Shown here piece by piece: positions 23,504 to 34,528 of a DNA stretch of 64,000 nucleotides (the first letter of the stretch is position 1; every line of letters begins with the position of its first letter). The stretch spans positions 784,958-848,957 of the forward strand of contig CAWEMT010000003.1 of assembly GCA_963810255.1 (NCBI GenBank). Reading direction: 5' to 3'. Both the position numbers and the translations under genes were made by a program. The DNA is from an uncultured Alphaproteobacteria bacterium. Lineage in GTDB: Bacteria > Pseudomonadota > Alphaproteobacteria > Rhizobiales > Xanthobacteraceae. The notes under the pieces were generated by a model. That model was not told the origin of the DNA. It saw only the letters and a list, made by a program, of their open reading frames with translations, and searched no databases.

Positions 23504-24316
23504 ATGGATATTCTCGCCAAGATCGAAGCCTATAAACGCGAGGAAATCGCGGCGGCCAAGCTTGAGCGCTCGCAATTCGAGCTCGAAAACCTGGCGAAAG
23601 CAGCGCCGCCGCCGCGCGGCTTTGTCGGCGCGATCGAGCGGCGGCTTGCACATGGCGATTTCGCGCTCATTGCGGAGATCAAGAAAGCGAGCCCGTCGAA
23701 AGGCCTGATCCGAGCCGATTTTGATCCGCCGGCGCTTGCCAAAGCCTACGCGGCTGGCGGCGCCACCTGTCTTTCCGTGCTCACCGACGCGCCGTCGTTT
23801 CAGGGCAAGCCGGAATTCCTTGAGCAGGCGCGCGCCGCGACAAACCTGCCGGTGCTGCGCAAGGATTTCATTTACGAGCCCTATCAGGTGGTGGAGTCAC
23901 GCGCACTCGGCGCCGATTGCATCCTGATCATCATGGCGGCTGTTGACGACAAGGCGGCGGAAGAGATCGAGGACGCCGCCTTTGCTCGCGACATGGACGT
24001 ATTGGTTGAAGTTCACCAGGAAGATGAGCTCGAGCGCGCTTTGAAGCTCAAAACAAGGCTTATCGGCATCAACAATCGCGACTTGCGGACGTTCGAGACG
24101 TCGCTCGCGGTGACCGAGCGGCTGGCGCCGAAAATCCCCGGCGAATGTATTATCGTCGCCGAGAGCGGGGTGAACTCGGCGGCTGATTTGGGGCGGCTGG
24201 CGCGTATCGGAGTTTCCGCCTTCCTGGTCGGCGAAAGTCTGATGCGTCAACGCGATGTCGCCGCGGCAACTCGCGCTTTGTTGACGCGGCAACCGCGCAA
24301 CGCGGCCGTGGAGTGA
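23504..24316 (+). CDS. trpC: indole-3-glycerol phosphate synthase
   Basis: 270 aa with [12 protein letters not shown] and LRKDFI. Confidence 0.93.
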   Translation: MDILAKIEAYKREEIAAAKLERSQFELENLAKAAPPPRGFVGAIERRLAHGDFALIAEIKKASPSKGLIRADFDPPALAKAYAAGGATCLSVLTDAPSFQGKPEFLEQARAATNLPVLRKDFIYEPYQVVESRALGADCILIIMAAVDDKAAEEIEDAAFARDMDVLVEVHQEDELERALKLKTRLIGINNRDLRTFETSLAVTERLAPKIPGECIIVAESGVNSAADLGRLARIGVSAFLVGESLMRQRDVAAATRALLTRQPRNAAVE

Positions 24317-24319
24317 GCC

Positions 24320-24883
<564 letters not shown>

Positions 24884-24886
24884 ACT

Positions 24887-26095
24887 TTGTCTCTGATGCC
24901 GGTCGCCAAAGCGCTGCAACGCGTGCTGGCCGACGCCTCCGCCTTGCCGGGCGAGGACGTGCCGCTGAACGGCGCGCTCGGCCGCGTGCTTACGCAGGAT
25001 TTGACGGCGCAGCGCACCCAGCCGCCGGATGCGGTCTCCGCCATGGACGGCTATGCGGTGCGGTCGGCCGATGTTGCGCAGGCCCCGGTCACGCTCAAGC
25101 TGATCGGCGAAGTCGCCGCCGGTCATCCTTTCGACCGCGAGGTGAAGGCCGGTCAGGCCGCGCGCATCTTCACCGGCGGCGTGATGCCGGCCGGCAGTGA
25201 CACCGTGGTGATCCAGGAACTCACCGCGCGTGAAGGCGACGCGGTCACAATCCAGAAGCCGACCGCCAAAAGCCGCAACGTGCGTGCGCAAGGCATCGAC
25301 TTCGGAAAAGGGCATACTTTACTCGCCAAAGGCCGCCGCCTGACCGGCCGCGACCTGATGCTGGCGGCGGCCATGAACCACCCGACCGTCAACGTCCACC
25401 GCCGGCCGAAAGTGGCGGTGCTCGGCACTGGCGATGAGCTGGTGGCGCCGGGCACCACGCCGGCGGCGGGCGAGATCGTCTATTCCAACGGCTTTGCGCT
25501 CATCGCCATGGCCGAAAGCGAAGGCGCGGAAGTCACCGATCTCGGCATCGCCAAGGACCGGGTCGAGGAGATCGCCGCTGCGGTCCGGCGGGCGCGCGAA
25601 TTGGGCGCCGACATCCTGGTGACCAGCGGCGGCGCCTCGGTCGGCGAGCACGATCTGGTGCAGCGGGCGTTGCGCGCCGAGGGGCTCGACCTATCGTTCT
25701 GGCGGGTGGCACTGCGTCCCGGCCGGCCGATGATGCACGGCAGGCTGGGCGGCATGCAGGTGCTCGGCGTGCCCGGTAACCCCGTCTCCTCTTACGTCTG
25801 CGCCTTCCTGTTCCTGGTGCCGCTGATCCGGCGCCTATCCGGCCGCGGCGATACCGAGCTTGTGCCCGAGCCGGCGCGCCTGGGCCGCGACCTGCCGGCG
25901 AATGACGAAAGGGCCGATTATCTGCGCGCGACCCTCGCCCAGAGCCCTGACGGCCCCCTGGCGACCCCGCTGCCGGCCCAGGACAGCTCTCTGATGGCAC
26001 CGCTCGCCAAAGCCGACTGCCTGGTGATTCGCGAGCCGCATGCCCCCGCGGCGGTTGCCGGTTCACGCTGTGTCATCCTTAAGCTAGGCCTTTAG
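24887..26095 (+). CDS. moeA: molybdopterin molybdenumtransferase MoeA
   Basis: 402 aa with MoeA-like sequence ([19 protein letters not shown]). The start is TTG at 24887 or ATG at 24896. Confidence 0.88.
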   Translation: MSLMPVAKALQRVLADASALPGEDVPLNGALGRVLTQDLTAQRTQPPDAVSAMDGYAVRSADVAQAPVTLKLIGEVAAGHPFDREVKAGQAARIFTGGVMPAGSDTVVIQELTAREGDAVTIQKPTAKSRNVRAQGIDFGKGHTLLAKGRRLTGRDLMLAAAMNHPTVNVHRRPKVAVLGTGDELVAPGTTPAAGEIVYSNGFALIAMAESEGAEVTDLGIAKDRVEEIAAAVRRARELGADILVTSGGASVGEHDLVQRALRAEGLDLSFWRVALRPGRPMMHGRLGGMQVLGVPGNPVSSYVCAFLFLVPLIRRLSGRGDTELVPEPARLGRDLPANDERADYLRATLAQSPDGPLATPLPAQDSSLMAPLAKADCLVIREPHAPAAVAGSRCVILKLGL

Positions 26096-26134
26096 CGGCC
26101 TTTCGTTTTTTTCACTCCAAATTAAATGGTTGCG

Positions 26135-26175
26135 GAACACATATCGAACAGATAGTGTTCGTTCATGATTTGTTT
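26135..26175 (+). promoter_or_regulatory. LexA operator (alphaproteobacterial SOS boxes) upstream of lexA
   Basis: GAAC(26135)-N7-GAAC(26146)-N7-GTTC(26157), then GTTC(26161)-N7-GTTT(26172). This matches the GTTC-N7-GTTC / GAAC-N7-GAAC direct-repeat LexA box known in alphaproteobacteria. It lies 46-86 nt upstream of the lexA ATG. Confidence 0.8.
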
Positions 26176-26220
26176 CTGGCTGGGAAGCCCCTGGGGCTGG
26201 CCGAGACGGGGGAGAAACCG

Positions 26221-26931
26221 ATGCTGACCCGCAAGCAATTAGAGCTCCTGCGCTTCGTCCACGAGCGCCTCACCGAGACCGGGGTCCCGCCCTCCTTCGA
26301 CGAGATGAAGGATGCCCTCGACCTACGCTCCAAGTCCGGCATTCACCGGCTGATTACGGCCTTGGAGGAGCGCGGCTTTATCCGCCGGCTGCCTAATCGG
26401 GCGCGCGCCATCGAAGTCATCAAGCTTCCCGATTCGGTCGGCCACGGCCTCGGTAGCCGTTCGCGCGGCTTCACCCCCAGCGTGATCGAGGGCGATTTGG
26501 GCCGCGTGCGCGCGGTGTCCGGGGACGACGTCGAAATGGACAACACGCGTCCGATCGCGGTGCCGGTGATGGGCCGCATCGCCGCCGGTACGCCGATCGA
26601 GGCGATCCAGACCCGCAGCCATGTCATCAATATGCCGCCCGACCTGCTGTCGGCCGGCGAGCATTTCGCGCTGGAAGTGCGTGGCGATTCGATGATCGAG
26701 GCCGGCATTCTCGACGGCGATATCGCGCTGATCCGAAAATCCGAAGCGGCTGATACCGGCGATATCGTGGTGGCACTGATCGACGACGAGGAAGCCACTC
26801 TCAAACGCTTCCGCCGCCGCGGCGCTTCCATCGCGCTCGAGCCGGCCAATCCGTCCTACGAGGTGCGCATCCTGCCGCCTAACCGCGTGCGCATCCAGGG
26901 CAAGCTGGTCGGGCTGTTCCGGCGTTATTAG
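26221..26931 (+). CDS. lexA: LexA repressor
   Basis: The start at 26221 ([13 protein letters not shown]) is preceded by ggggagaaa. It has a winged-HTH N-terminus and an S24 peptidase C-terminus (VRGDSM..., ...KRF). 236 aa. Confidence 0.93.
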   Translation: MLTRKQLELLRFVHERLTETGVPPSFDEMKDALDLRSKSGIHRLITALEERGFIRRLPNRARAIEVIKLPDSVGHGLGSRSRGFTPSVIEGDLGRVRAVSGDDVEMDNTRPIAVPVMGRIAAGTPIEAIQTRSHVINMPPDLLSAGEHFALEVRGDSMIEAGILDGDIALIRKSEAADTGDIVVALIDDEEATLKRFRRRGASIALEPANPSYEVRILPPNRVRIQGKLVGLFRRY

Positions 26932-26934
26932 AGT

Positions 26935-28361
26935 TCAGTCCCCCACCTCCAGATCTTTCGCCTGCGGCGTCGCGTCGGGCCGCGTCGGTGCGCGTTTGCT
27001 CGGCGAATGCCGCGCCCAGGGGCGGTCATAGCCGGCCGGGCGCGCCGCGGTTTGTTGGAAATGACCGCCTGTCCAGCGCAATGCGATTGCGCCGTAGCTG
27101 CGCCACACATCGCGATCGATCAGCCTCGCCGCGCAGGCGGGAGGTCCCTCGCGCGGGCTGACGACAATCGCGGCGCGCGCGCAATCCTCAGGCGGAGCTT
27201 CCGCCGACAGCGCCATCGATACCAGGCGGCCGTCTTTGAGCCGGCCGACGCAACCGATGGCATCGCACTGCACGTCGCCGCGCAGGCTCGCGTCCTTCGG
27301 CGTGCGGCCGTCGCCATCGGCTAACAGCCATTCCGCGCCGGCGGCGGCCCATTTCTTGATTGGATATCGGCTGGCAAGCGACGGGGTGCCAGCCCCGCGC
27401 GAATGAAAAAGAACACGATGCCCGCCACGACCGCCATGTGATAGCCGGAGATCGCCAGCACGTGCGCGAGGCTTGAAATGTAGAAGGCATCGCTGACCGG
27501 CGCCGAGATCGCATTGCGCTTGCCGGTGATCAGCGCCGAGGCAATCGAGCGGCGATCGCCCGGCAGCACGGCGTGGATGCGATTGTTGATCGCCTCGCGC
27601 ATCCGGTCGACCTGCGCGACAAAGCGCAGCCAGAGACCGGGACTGACGGGCGGCGTTATGGTGCTGATCCGGCCGAGCGCATAGCCGGAGGCGCCGATGC
27701 CCTGGAAATACATGCCGCGCGCGAAGTCGTAGCCGCCCGGCCGCAACGGCGTGAGCGGCGGTGACAGATGCGCCTTGAGCGCGACAAAGCTGCCGACATC
27801 GGGCGCCGTGCCCTTGCGCACGGCAACCCGCACCCGGTCGGGCTTTTCGACGAGGCGCCGTCCTTCGATCTGCCGTACCTGCACGACCATGCGGTCGCTG
27901 CGCTCGCGCTCCTCCCTCACCTCGACGAAGCCGGTGAGCTGAACGCTGGCTACCGGTATTTGCAGCACCGGATGCGCGACGCGCGCGGTCTTCAGCGTTG
28001 CCGTCGCAAAGCCGGCGGCGATGGCCGCAAAGCCGAGCGCCAGCGGAAAGCCGATCGGCCGCCGACGCGCCAGAACGGCCACCGTCATGCTCGCCACGGC
28101 CAGCGCGGTCGCCGCCCACCAGGCCGGCTCCCGGTCGGCAGTGAAATAACCAACAATGCCAAAGCCGAAACCGACGGGAAGCCACGGCAACAACCGGCCG
28201 GGTGCGACTTCAGTCAGCGCTTATTCCGACAACAGCTTGCGCAGTCGGCCTAAGGCGGCATCGACGCCGGCCGGAAGCACCAGCCCAGCGCGTCGGCGCG
28301 CGGCGTCGACCTCCGCCGCCCAGGCCTTGGCCCGCGATTGGCTCTGCTCGGATCCTGCCAT
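26935..28361 (-). pseudogene. comEC: ComEC/Rec2 competence channel remnant (in-frame stop, frameshift and apparent internal deletion)
   Basis: An ATG at 28361 (MAGSEQSQ...LRKLLSE) runs into an in-frame TAA at 28221-28223, then continues ALTEVAPGRLLPWLPVGFGFG... as the ComEC N-terminal and early competence domain (LAISGYHMAVVAG). A frame change occurs at the C-run near 27383-27386. After ...RYPIKKWAAAGAEW the sequence goes straight into a ComEC-type C-terminal tail (LLADGDGRTPKDA...CDAIGCV...DRPW). The total is about 475 codons, against about 750 typical. Confidence 0.6.
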
Positions 28362-28599
28362 GGCGTCCCCACGCCAGCGCCTCTGCGCGTGAGGCTATGC
28401 TACCGCAGCCGCCGGTTGTGGCTAGGAGAACGGTTGTGAACTCGGCCGCATTACCGTGGCGCGGACGGAAATTTACTGGCCAGGAATCGGGTGGGTACGC
28501 CACCCTTGGCGGCCTAGATGGGGCGCGGGCTCCCGTGGTCAGAAGCCCTTGTTCGCGCTGCCAATTGGATAGACCCGTCGAGTGATTAAGCGGCGACAG

Positions 28600-30309
28600 C
28601 TAGCCCGCCGCCTTTTCCTTCGCCAAGGCCTTCGCAAATGTGTCGCGCAAGCCGATGGTGCGGTTGAAAACCAGGCGCTGCGCTGTGGTATCGGGGTCGA
28701 GGCAGAAATAGCCCTGGCGCTCGAACTGCACCGGCTGCTCGATCTTGGCGTTGCGAAGCGCCGGCTCGAGCCGCGCATCGAGAACTTCCAGCGAATTTGG
28801 ATTGAGATCGGCGGCAAAGCTCTCGCCGCCACTTGGATCGGGCTTGGTGAAAAGCGGGCTATAAGCCCGCACCTCAGCTGCGATGGAGTCCGCCGCCGAC
28901 ACCCAATGGATGGTCGCCTTCACCTTGCGCCCGTCAGGCGCGTTGCCGCCTTTGGTCGCCGGATCGTAGGTGCAACGCAGCTCGACCACCTCGCCGGCGG
29001 CGTTCTTTTTGACCTCGCGGCACGTGATAAAGAACGCGTAGCGCAAACGCACTTCCTTGCCCGGCGACAAGCGAAAAAACTTCTTCGGCGGATTTTCCAT
29101 GAAGTCTTCTTGCTCGACATAGAGTTCGCGCGAGAATTTGAGCTTGCGCGAGCCCGCCGCCGGATCGTCCGGGTGATTGACCGCCTCGAGCTCTTCGGTC
29201 TGGCCTTCCGGATAATTTTCGATCACCACTTTGAGCGGCCGCAACACCGCCATGCGGCGCAGCGCGCTCTTGTTGAGCGCCTCGCGCACGGAAAACTCGA
29301 ACATGCCAACGTCCACCAGGCTGTTGGCCTTGGCAACGCCGATGCGCTGGATGAAATCGCGGATCGCTTCCGGCGGCACGCCGCGCCGGCGAAGACCTGC
29401 AAGCGTCGGCATGCGCGGATCGTCCCAGCCTTTCACGTGGCCGTCACGCACCAGCAAGGTCAGCACGCGCTTGGACAACACCGTATAGCTTAAGTTCAGC
29501 CGCGCGAACTCGTGCTGATGCGGGCGCGAGGGCACGTTCAGGTTGGCGATGAACCAGTCGTAAAGCGGCCGGTGATCCTCGAATTCGAGCGTGCAAATCG
29601 AGTGGGTAACGCCTTCGATGGCGTCCGACTGGCCGTGCGCGAAGTCGTAGCTCGGATAGATTTTCCAGGCCGTGCCGGTGCGCGGATGCGCCGCGTGCAA
29701 GATCCGGTAGAGCACCGGATCGCGCAAGTTTATGTTGCCCGAAGCCATGTCGATCTTGGCGCGCAGCACCCGTGCGCCGTTTTCAAATTCGCCGCCGCGC
29801 ATGCGGGCGAACAGATCGAGGTTCTCCTCCACCGGGCGCTCGCGGAACGGGCTGTTCTTGCCGGGCTCGGTTAGGGTGCCGCGGTTGGCCCGGATCTCGT
29901 CCTGGCTCTGATCGTCCACGTAAGCCTTGCCGGCGCGGATCAGGTCCTCCGCCCAGCCATAGAGCCGTTCGAAATAATCGGAGGCGTGATAGAGGTGTTT
30001 GCCCCAATCAAAGCCGAGCCAGCGCACGTCGTGCTCGATGGCGTCGATATATTCTTGCTCTTCCCTGGCCGGATTGGTGTCGTCGAAACGCAAATGGCAG
30101 CGTCCGCCGAACTCCTGCGCCACCCCGAAATTGAGGCAGATCGACTTGGCGTGGCCGATATGGAGATAGCCGTTCGGCTCAGGCGGAAAACGGGTGACGA
30201 CTTCTTTGACTCGGCCCGTTTCGAGATCGCCCGCGACGATATCGCGGATGAAGTCGCGCCCGGCTTCGCCGGTCGCCGGGTTTCCGCTTGCTTTAACGTC
30301 ACTCGCCAT
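28600..30309 (-). CDS. glnS: glutamine--tRNA ligase (GlnRS)
   Basis: 569 aa with class I motifs HIGH (YLHIGHAKS) and a KMSKS-like VLSKR, plus GlnRS-specific sequence ([25 protein letters not shown]). Confidence 0.9.
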   Translation of the reverse strand: MASDVKASGNPATGEAGRDFIRDIVAGDLETGRVKEVVTRFPPEPNGYLHIGHAKSICLNFGVAQEFGGRCHLRFDDTNPAREEQEYIDAIEHDVRWLGFDWGKHLYHASDYFERLYGWAEDLIRAGKAYVDDQSQDEIRANRGTLTEPGKNSPFRERPVEENLDLFARMRGGEFENGARVLRAKIDMASGNINLRDPVLYRILHAAHPRTGTAWKIYPSYDFAHGQSDAIEGVTHSICTLEFEDHRPLYDWFIANLNVPSRPHQHEFARLNLSYTVLSKRVLTLLVRDGHVKGWDDPRMPTLAGLRRRGVPPEAIRDFIQRIGVAKANSLVDVGMFEFSVREALNKSALRRMAVLRPLKVVIENYPEGQTEELEAVNHPDDPAAGSRKLKFSRELYVEQEDFMENPPKKFFRLSPGKEVRLRYAFFITCREVKKNAAGEVVELRCTYDPATKGGNAPDGRKVKATIHWVSAADSIAAEVRAYSPLFTKPDPSGGESFAADLNPNSLEVLDARLEPALRNAKIEQPVQFERQGYFCLDPDTTAQRLVFNRTIGLRDTFAKALAKEKAAG

Positions 30310-30446
30310 GCTTCCTCGAATTCAAGTCAAATCGCGTATGATGCGGCCCGCGGCCGGCATCTAAAGCGGCTATGGCATGGCGCGGCGTTCGGCTCAATGT
30401 CAATTGCGCTGACATCTTCCCCAGCAAATGTGGTACAGGCCCGGCG

Positions 30447-31883
30447 ATGACTGAGCCCGTAGTCACACGCTTTGCGCCGTCCCCCACCGGCTTCCTCCAT
30501 ATCGGCGGCGGGCGCACCGCGCTGTTCAATTGGCTGTATGCGCGCCACTTCGGCGGCAAGATGCTGCTGCGAATTGAGGACACCGATCGCGAGCGCTCGA
30601 CCGCCGCCGCCATCGCCGCCATCATCGACGGGCTCACCTGGCTGGGACTCGGTTGGGACGGCGAGATCGTATTCCAGTCGACGCGTGCTCAGCGCCACCG
30701 GCAGATCGCCGAGCAATTGCTCGCTGCCGGCAAAGCCTACCGCTGCTACGCAACGCCTGAGGAACTCGCCGCCATGCGCGAGGCCGCCCGTCGCGAGGGC
30801 CGCGCCAAGCTCTATGACGGGCGCTGGCGCGATCGCGACCCATCCGAGGCGCCGCCCGGCGTCAAACCGGTGATCCGCCTCAAGGTCCCCGTCACCGGCG
30901 AGACCGTTATCGAGGATCAGGTGCAAGGCCGCGTGGTCTGGCAGAACAGCGATCTCGACGACCTCGTGCTGCTGCGCGCCGACGGCTCGCCGACCTATAT
31001 GCTGGCCGTGGTTGTGGACGATCACGACATGGCGGTCACCCACATCATCCGCGGCGACGACCACCTCACCAACGGCGCACGCCAAAAACACATCTACGAG
31101 GCGCTCGGCTGGACTGTGCCCGTGATGGCGCACATCCCGCTGATCCATGGGCCGGACGGCTCCAAGCTGTCCAAACGCCACGGCGCGCTCGGCGTCGACG
31201 CCTACCGCGCCATGGGCTATCTGCCGACGGCGATGCGCAACTATCTCGTCCGCCTCGGTTGGGCGCACGGCGATCAGGAGATCTTCAGCACAGAGGAGAT
31301 GATCGCGGCGTTCGATTTACCCCAGATCGGCCGCTCGCCGGCACGCTTCGATTTTGCCAAGCTCGAAAACCTCAACGGGCATTACATCCGAGCGACTGAC
31401 GACGCCGCGTTGATGGCCACGTTGGAGCAGCTGTTGCCGCATATTGCCGGCGGCCAGGAACTCGCAAGCAAACTGACTCCGACGTTGCGCGCCAAACTGA
31501 CCGCCGCGATGCCGGGCCTGAAGGAGCGCGCCAAGACGCTGATTGAGTTGTTCGACGCCTCACGCTTCCTCTGGGCGAGCCGCCCGCTCGAACTAAACGA
31601 CCAGGCCAAGGCGCTGCTCACAGCGGAAGCCGCCGCCACGATCGGCAGCCTGCTGCCCGAGCTGGAAAATGTTACGGACTGGAGCGCGGCGACGGTCGAA
31701 ACCGTTGTGCGCGGCTTTGCCGAACGCTCGGGCGTGAAGCTTGGCCAGGTGGCGCAACCGCTGCGGGCCGCGCTCACCGGGCGGGCAACCTCACCGCCGA
31801 TTTTCGATGTGCTGGCCGTCCTCGGCCGCGAAGAGAGCTTGGCGCGCTTGCGCGATCAGGCGCGCGAGCGCCCTGCGGCTTAG
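30447..31883 (+). CDS. gltX: glutamate--tRNA ligase (GluRS)
   Basis: The start at 30447 ([21 protein letters not shown]). It has the KLSKR motif. 478 aa. Confidence 0.92.
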   Translation: MTEPVVTRFAPSPTGFLHIGGGRTALFNWLYARHFGGKMLLRIEDTDRERSTAAAIAAIIDGLTWLGLGWDGEIVFQSTRAQRHRQIAEQLLAAGKAYRCYATPEELAAMREAARREGRAKLYDGRWRDRDPSEAPPGVKPVIRLKVPVTGETVIEDQVQGRVVWQNSDLDDLVLLRADGSPTYMLAVVVDDHDMAVTHIIRGDDHLTNGARQKHIYEALGWTVPVMAHIPLIHGPDGSKLSKRHGALGVDAYRAMGYLPTAMRNYLVRLGWAHGDQEIFSTEEMIAAFDLPQIGRSPARFDFAKLENLNGHYIRATDDAALMATLEQLLPHIAGGQELASKLTPTLRAKLTAAMPGLKERAKTLIELFDASRFLWASRPLELNDQAKALLTAEAAATIGSLLPELENVTDWSAATVETVVRGFAERSGVKLGQVAQPLRAALTGRATSPPIFDVLAVLGREESLARLRDQARERPAA

Positions 31884-32097
31884 AACCTCACCCCCTGGGC
31901 GACCGGCGGTAGCTATGCCCATTTAGCGGGCAGAATTGCACTTTGCTCTATCTTGCAGCGCAGTATCTTGCAGTGCACACTTGGATGGAGTAACCGAAAA
32001 GTGGCGGGACACCGGCACGCCAAACCCTGGCGCTTCGCCATCCTCGGCCTAAACTTTCTTCACGCGCACCGCTCGCTGCCAAATCGAGGGCTCGACC

Positions 32098-33409
32098 ATG
32101 GACGCCAAGACGGACACCAAAAGCAAAGCTCGGCACGCTGACCGTCGGCAACAGCAATTGGGATTTCCCGATCTATGAAGGGACCGTTGGCCCCGACGTG
32201 ATGGACATCTCCAAGCTCTACAACGAGAGCGGGATGTTCACCTACGATCCGGGCTTCACCTCGACGGCGAGTTGCGAGTTCAAGATCACCTATATCGACG
32301 GCGATCAGGGCGTCCTGATGTATCGCGGATACCCGATCGAGCAGCTCGCCGAGCACGGTGATTTCCTGGAGACCTGTTACCTGCTGCTCTACGGCGACCT
32401 GCCGACGGCCGCGCAGAAAGCCGACTTCGATTACCGCGTCACGCGCCACACGATGGTGCACGAACAGATGAGCCGGTTCTTCCAAGGGTTCCGGCGCGAC
32501 GCCCATCCGATGGCGATCATGACCGGTTCGATCGGCGCGCTGTCGGCGTTCTACCACGACTCGACCGATATATCCGATCCGGTGCAGCGCATGATCGCGT
32601 CGTTGCGCATGATCGCGAAGGTGCCGACGCTCGCCGCCATGGCCTTCAAATATTCGATCGGCCAGCCATTCGTCTATCCGAAGAACGATCTCGACTACTC
32701 TACCAATTTCCTGCGCATGTGTTACGCGGTGCCGGCCGAGGAATACAAGCCAAACGCGGTGCTGGCGCGCGCCATGGACCGTATCTTCATCCTGCACGCC
32801 GATCACGAGCAGAACGCCTCGACCTCGACGGTGCGGCTGGCCGGTTCCTCAGGCGCCAATCCATTCGCCTGCATCGCCGCCGGCTGCGCCTGCTTGTGGG
32901 GTCCCGCGCACGGCGGCGCCAACGAAGCCGCGCTCAACATGTTGCGCGAGATCGGGACCGTCGAGCGCATTCCGGAATTCATCAAGCGCGCCAAAGACAA
33001 GAGCGATCCCTACCGGCTAATGGGCTTCGGCCACCGCGTCTACAAGAACTACGACCCGCGCGCCAAGATCATGCAGAAGACCTGCCATGAGGTCTTGACC
33101 GAACTCGGCATCAAGGACGATCCGCTGCTCGATGTCGCCATGGAGCTGGAAAAGATCGCGCTGCACGACGACTATTTCGTCGAGAAGAAGCTCTATCCAA
33201 ACATCGATTTCTATTCGGGCATCACGCTCAAAGCCATGGGCTTCCCCACCACCATGTTCACCGTGCTGTTCGCGGTCGCGCGCACGGTCGGCTGGATCGC
33301 GCAGTGGAAGGAAATGATCGAAGACCCGAAGCAGAAGATCGGCCGCCCGCGCCAGCTTTATACCGGCGCCACCAAGCGCGATTACGTGCCGATTTCACGC
33401 AGGAAATAA
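32098..33409 (+). pseudogene. gltA: citrate synthase with a +1 frameshift about 10 codons after the start
   Basis: The ATG at 32098 gives [11 protein letters not shown]. One surplus nt at about 32128-32131 moves the reading into the frame ...[30 protein letters not shown]..., which is the 403-aa track ORF (that ORF starts at an internal GTG). Citrate synthase motifs GFGHRVYK and [10 protein letters not shown] are present. Confidence 0.85.
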
Positions 33410-33412
33410 AAC

Positions 33413-34477
33413 TCAGAGCCAGGGCGACGGCACCATCTTGCCGTCCGGGGCGTTGCCGTTGAGCTTCGGCGCCTTGGCGCCGTCATAGGCCCAGGTCAAA
33501 TAGGCGCCACCCCAGGAAAAGCCGCCGCCGAAAGCCGCGAGCAGCAGGCGGTCGCCGGTCTTGAGCTTCTCCTCGTAGTCCCAGAGGCAGAGCGGGATCG
33601 TCGCCGTGGTGGTGTTGCCGTATTTATGGATCGTGAACATGACCTTCTCGAGCGGCAGTCCCAGTCGCCCGGCGGTCGTTTCGATAATGCGGCGGTTGGC
33701 TTGGTGCGGCACCACCCAGTCGATCATGTCGGCGCGCAGATTATTGCGCGCCATGATGTCACGCGTGACCTCCGACATGCCGGCGGCGGCGTATTTATAG
33801 ACCTGCGCGCCCTCCTGGTAGACGTAGTGCAGGCGCTTGGCCACGGTCTCGGCGGTTGGCGGCATGCGGCTGCCGCCGGCCTTTTGATGCAGATGCTTGG
33901 CGCCGGAGCCATCGGAATGCAGGATGGCGTCGAGAATGCCGTAGTCGGTATTGGGTTCGAGCATCACGGCGGCGGCGCCATCGCCGAACAGCACGCAAGT
34001 GGTGCGGTCAGTGTAGTCGATGATCGACGACATCTTGTCGGCGCCGACGACGACGACTTTTTTGTAGGTACCGGCGACGATGAATTGCCGCGCCACCGTG
34101 AGCGCGTAAATGAAGCCCGAGCAGGCCGCCTGCACATCGAAGCTGCCGATATTGCCGATGCCGGCCATGTCGCAGATCAGGTTGGCGGTGCATGGGTGCA
34201 CGAAATCGGGCGTGGTGGTCGCGCAGATGAGAAGCTCGACGTCCTTGGGATCGGTCTTGGTCTTGGCAAGAAGGCCAAGCACGGCCTGCGCGCCCATATG
34301 TGAGGACCCGAGCCCCGCACCTTTGAGGATGCGGCGCTCCTTGATGCCGGTGCGTTCGGTGATCCAGGCGTCGGTGGTGTCCACCATGCGCGCCAAATCG
34401 GCGTTGGTCAGCACGTCCGGCGGCAGAAAGCCGTGGACTTCGGTAATGGCGGCAAGGACGGGTATGCTCAAAGGCAA
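33413..34477 (-). CDS. beta-ketoacyl-ACP synthase III (FabH-like) paralogue
   Basis: 354 aa. The KAS III catalytic triad context is visible: AACSGF (Cys), VPHQANRRI (His) and YGNTTTATIP (Asn). There is a C-terminal extension of about 25 aa. Confidence 0.8.
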   Translation of the reverse strand: MPLSIPVLAAITEVHGFLPPDVLTNADLARMVDTTDAWITERTGIKERRILKGAGLGSSHMGAQAVLGLLAKTKTDPKDVELLICATTTPDFVHPCTANLICDMAGIGNIGSFDVQAACSGFIYALTVARQFIVAGTYKKVVVVGADKMSSIIDYTDRTTCVLFGDGAAAVMLEPNTDYGILDAILHSDGSGAKHLHQKAGGSRMPPTAETVAKRLHYVYQEGAQVYKYAAAGMSEVTRDIMARNNLRADMIDWVVPHQANRRIIETTAGRLGLPLEKVMFTIHKYGNTTTATIPLCLWDYEEKLKTGDRLLLAAFGGGFSWGGAYLTWAYDGAKAPKLNGNAPDGKMVPSPWL

Positions 34478-34528
34478 GAATCCGGGGTTTCTGCTATCGT
34501 CTACAGCCCTTTGGCCGGGTGCAGCAAG

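Noticed and set aside
26935-28185. 416-aa track ORF taken at face value as one protein.
   Set aside because: Only its last 130 residues or so look like protein (the ComEC tail). The upstream 280 residues are an out-of-frame, Arg/Gly-rich reading of the ComEC N-terminal coding region.
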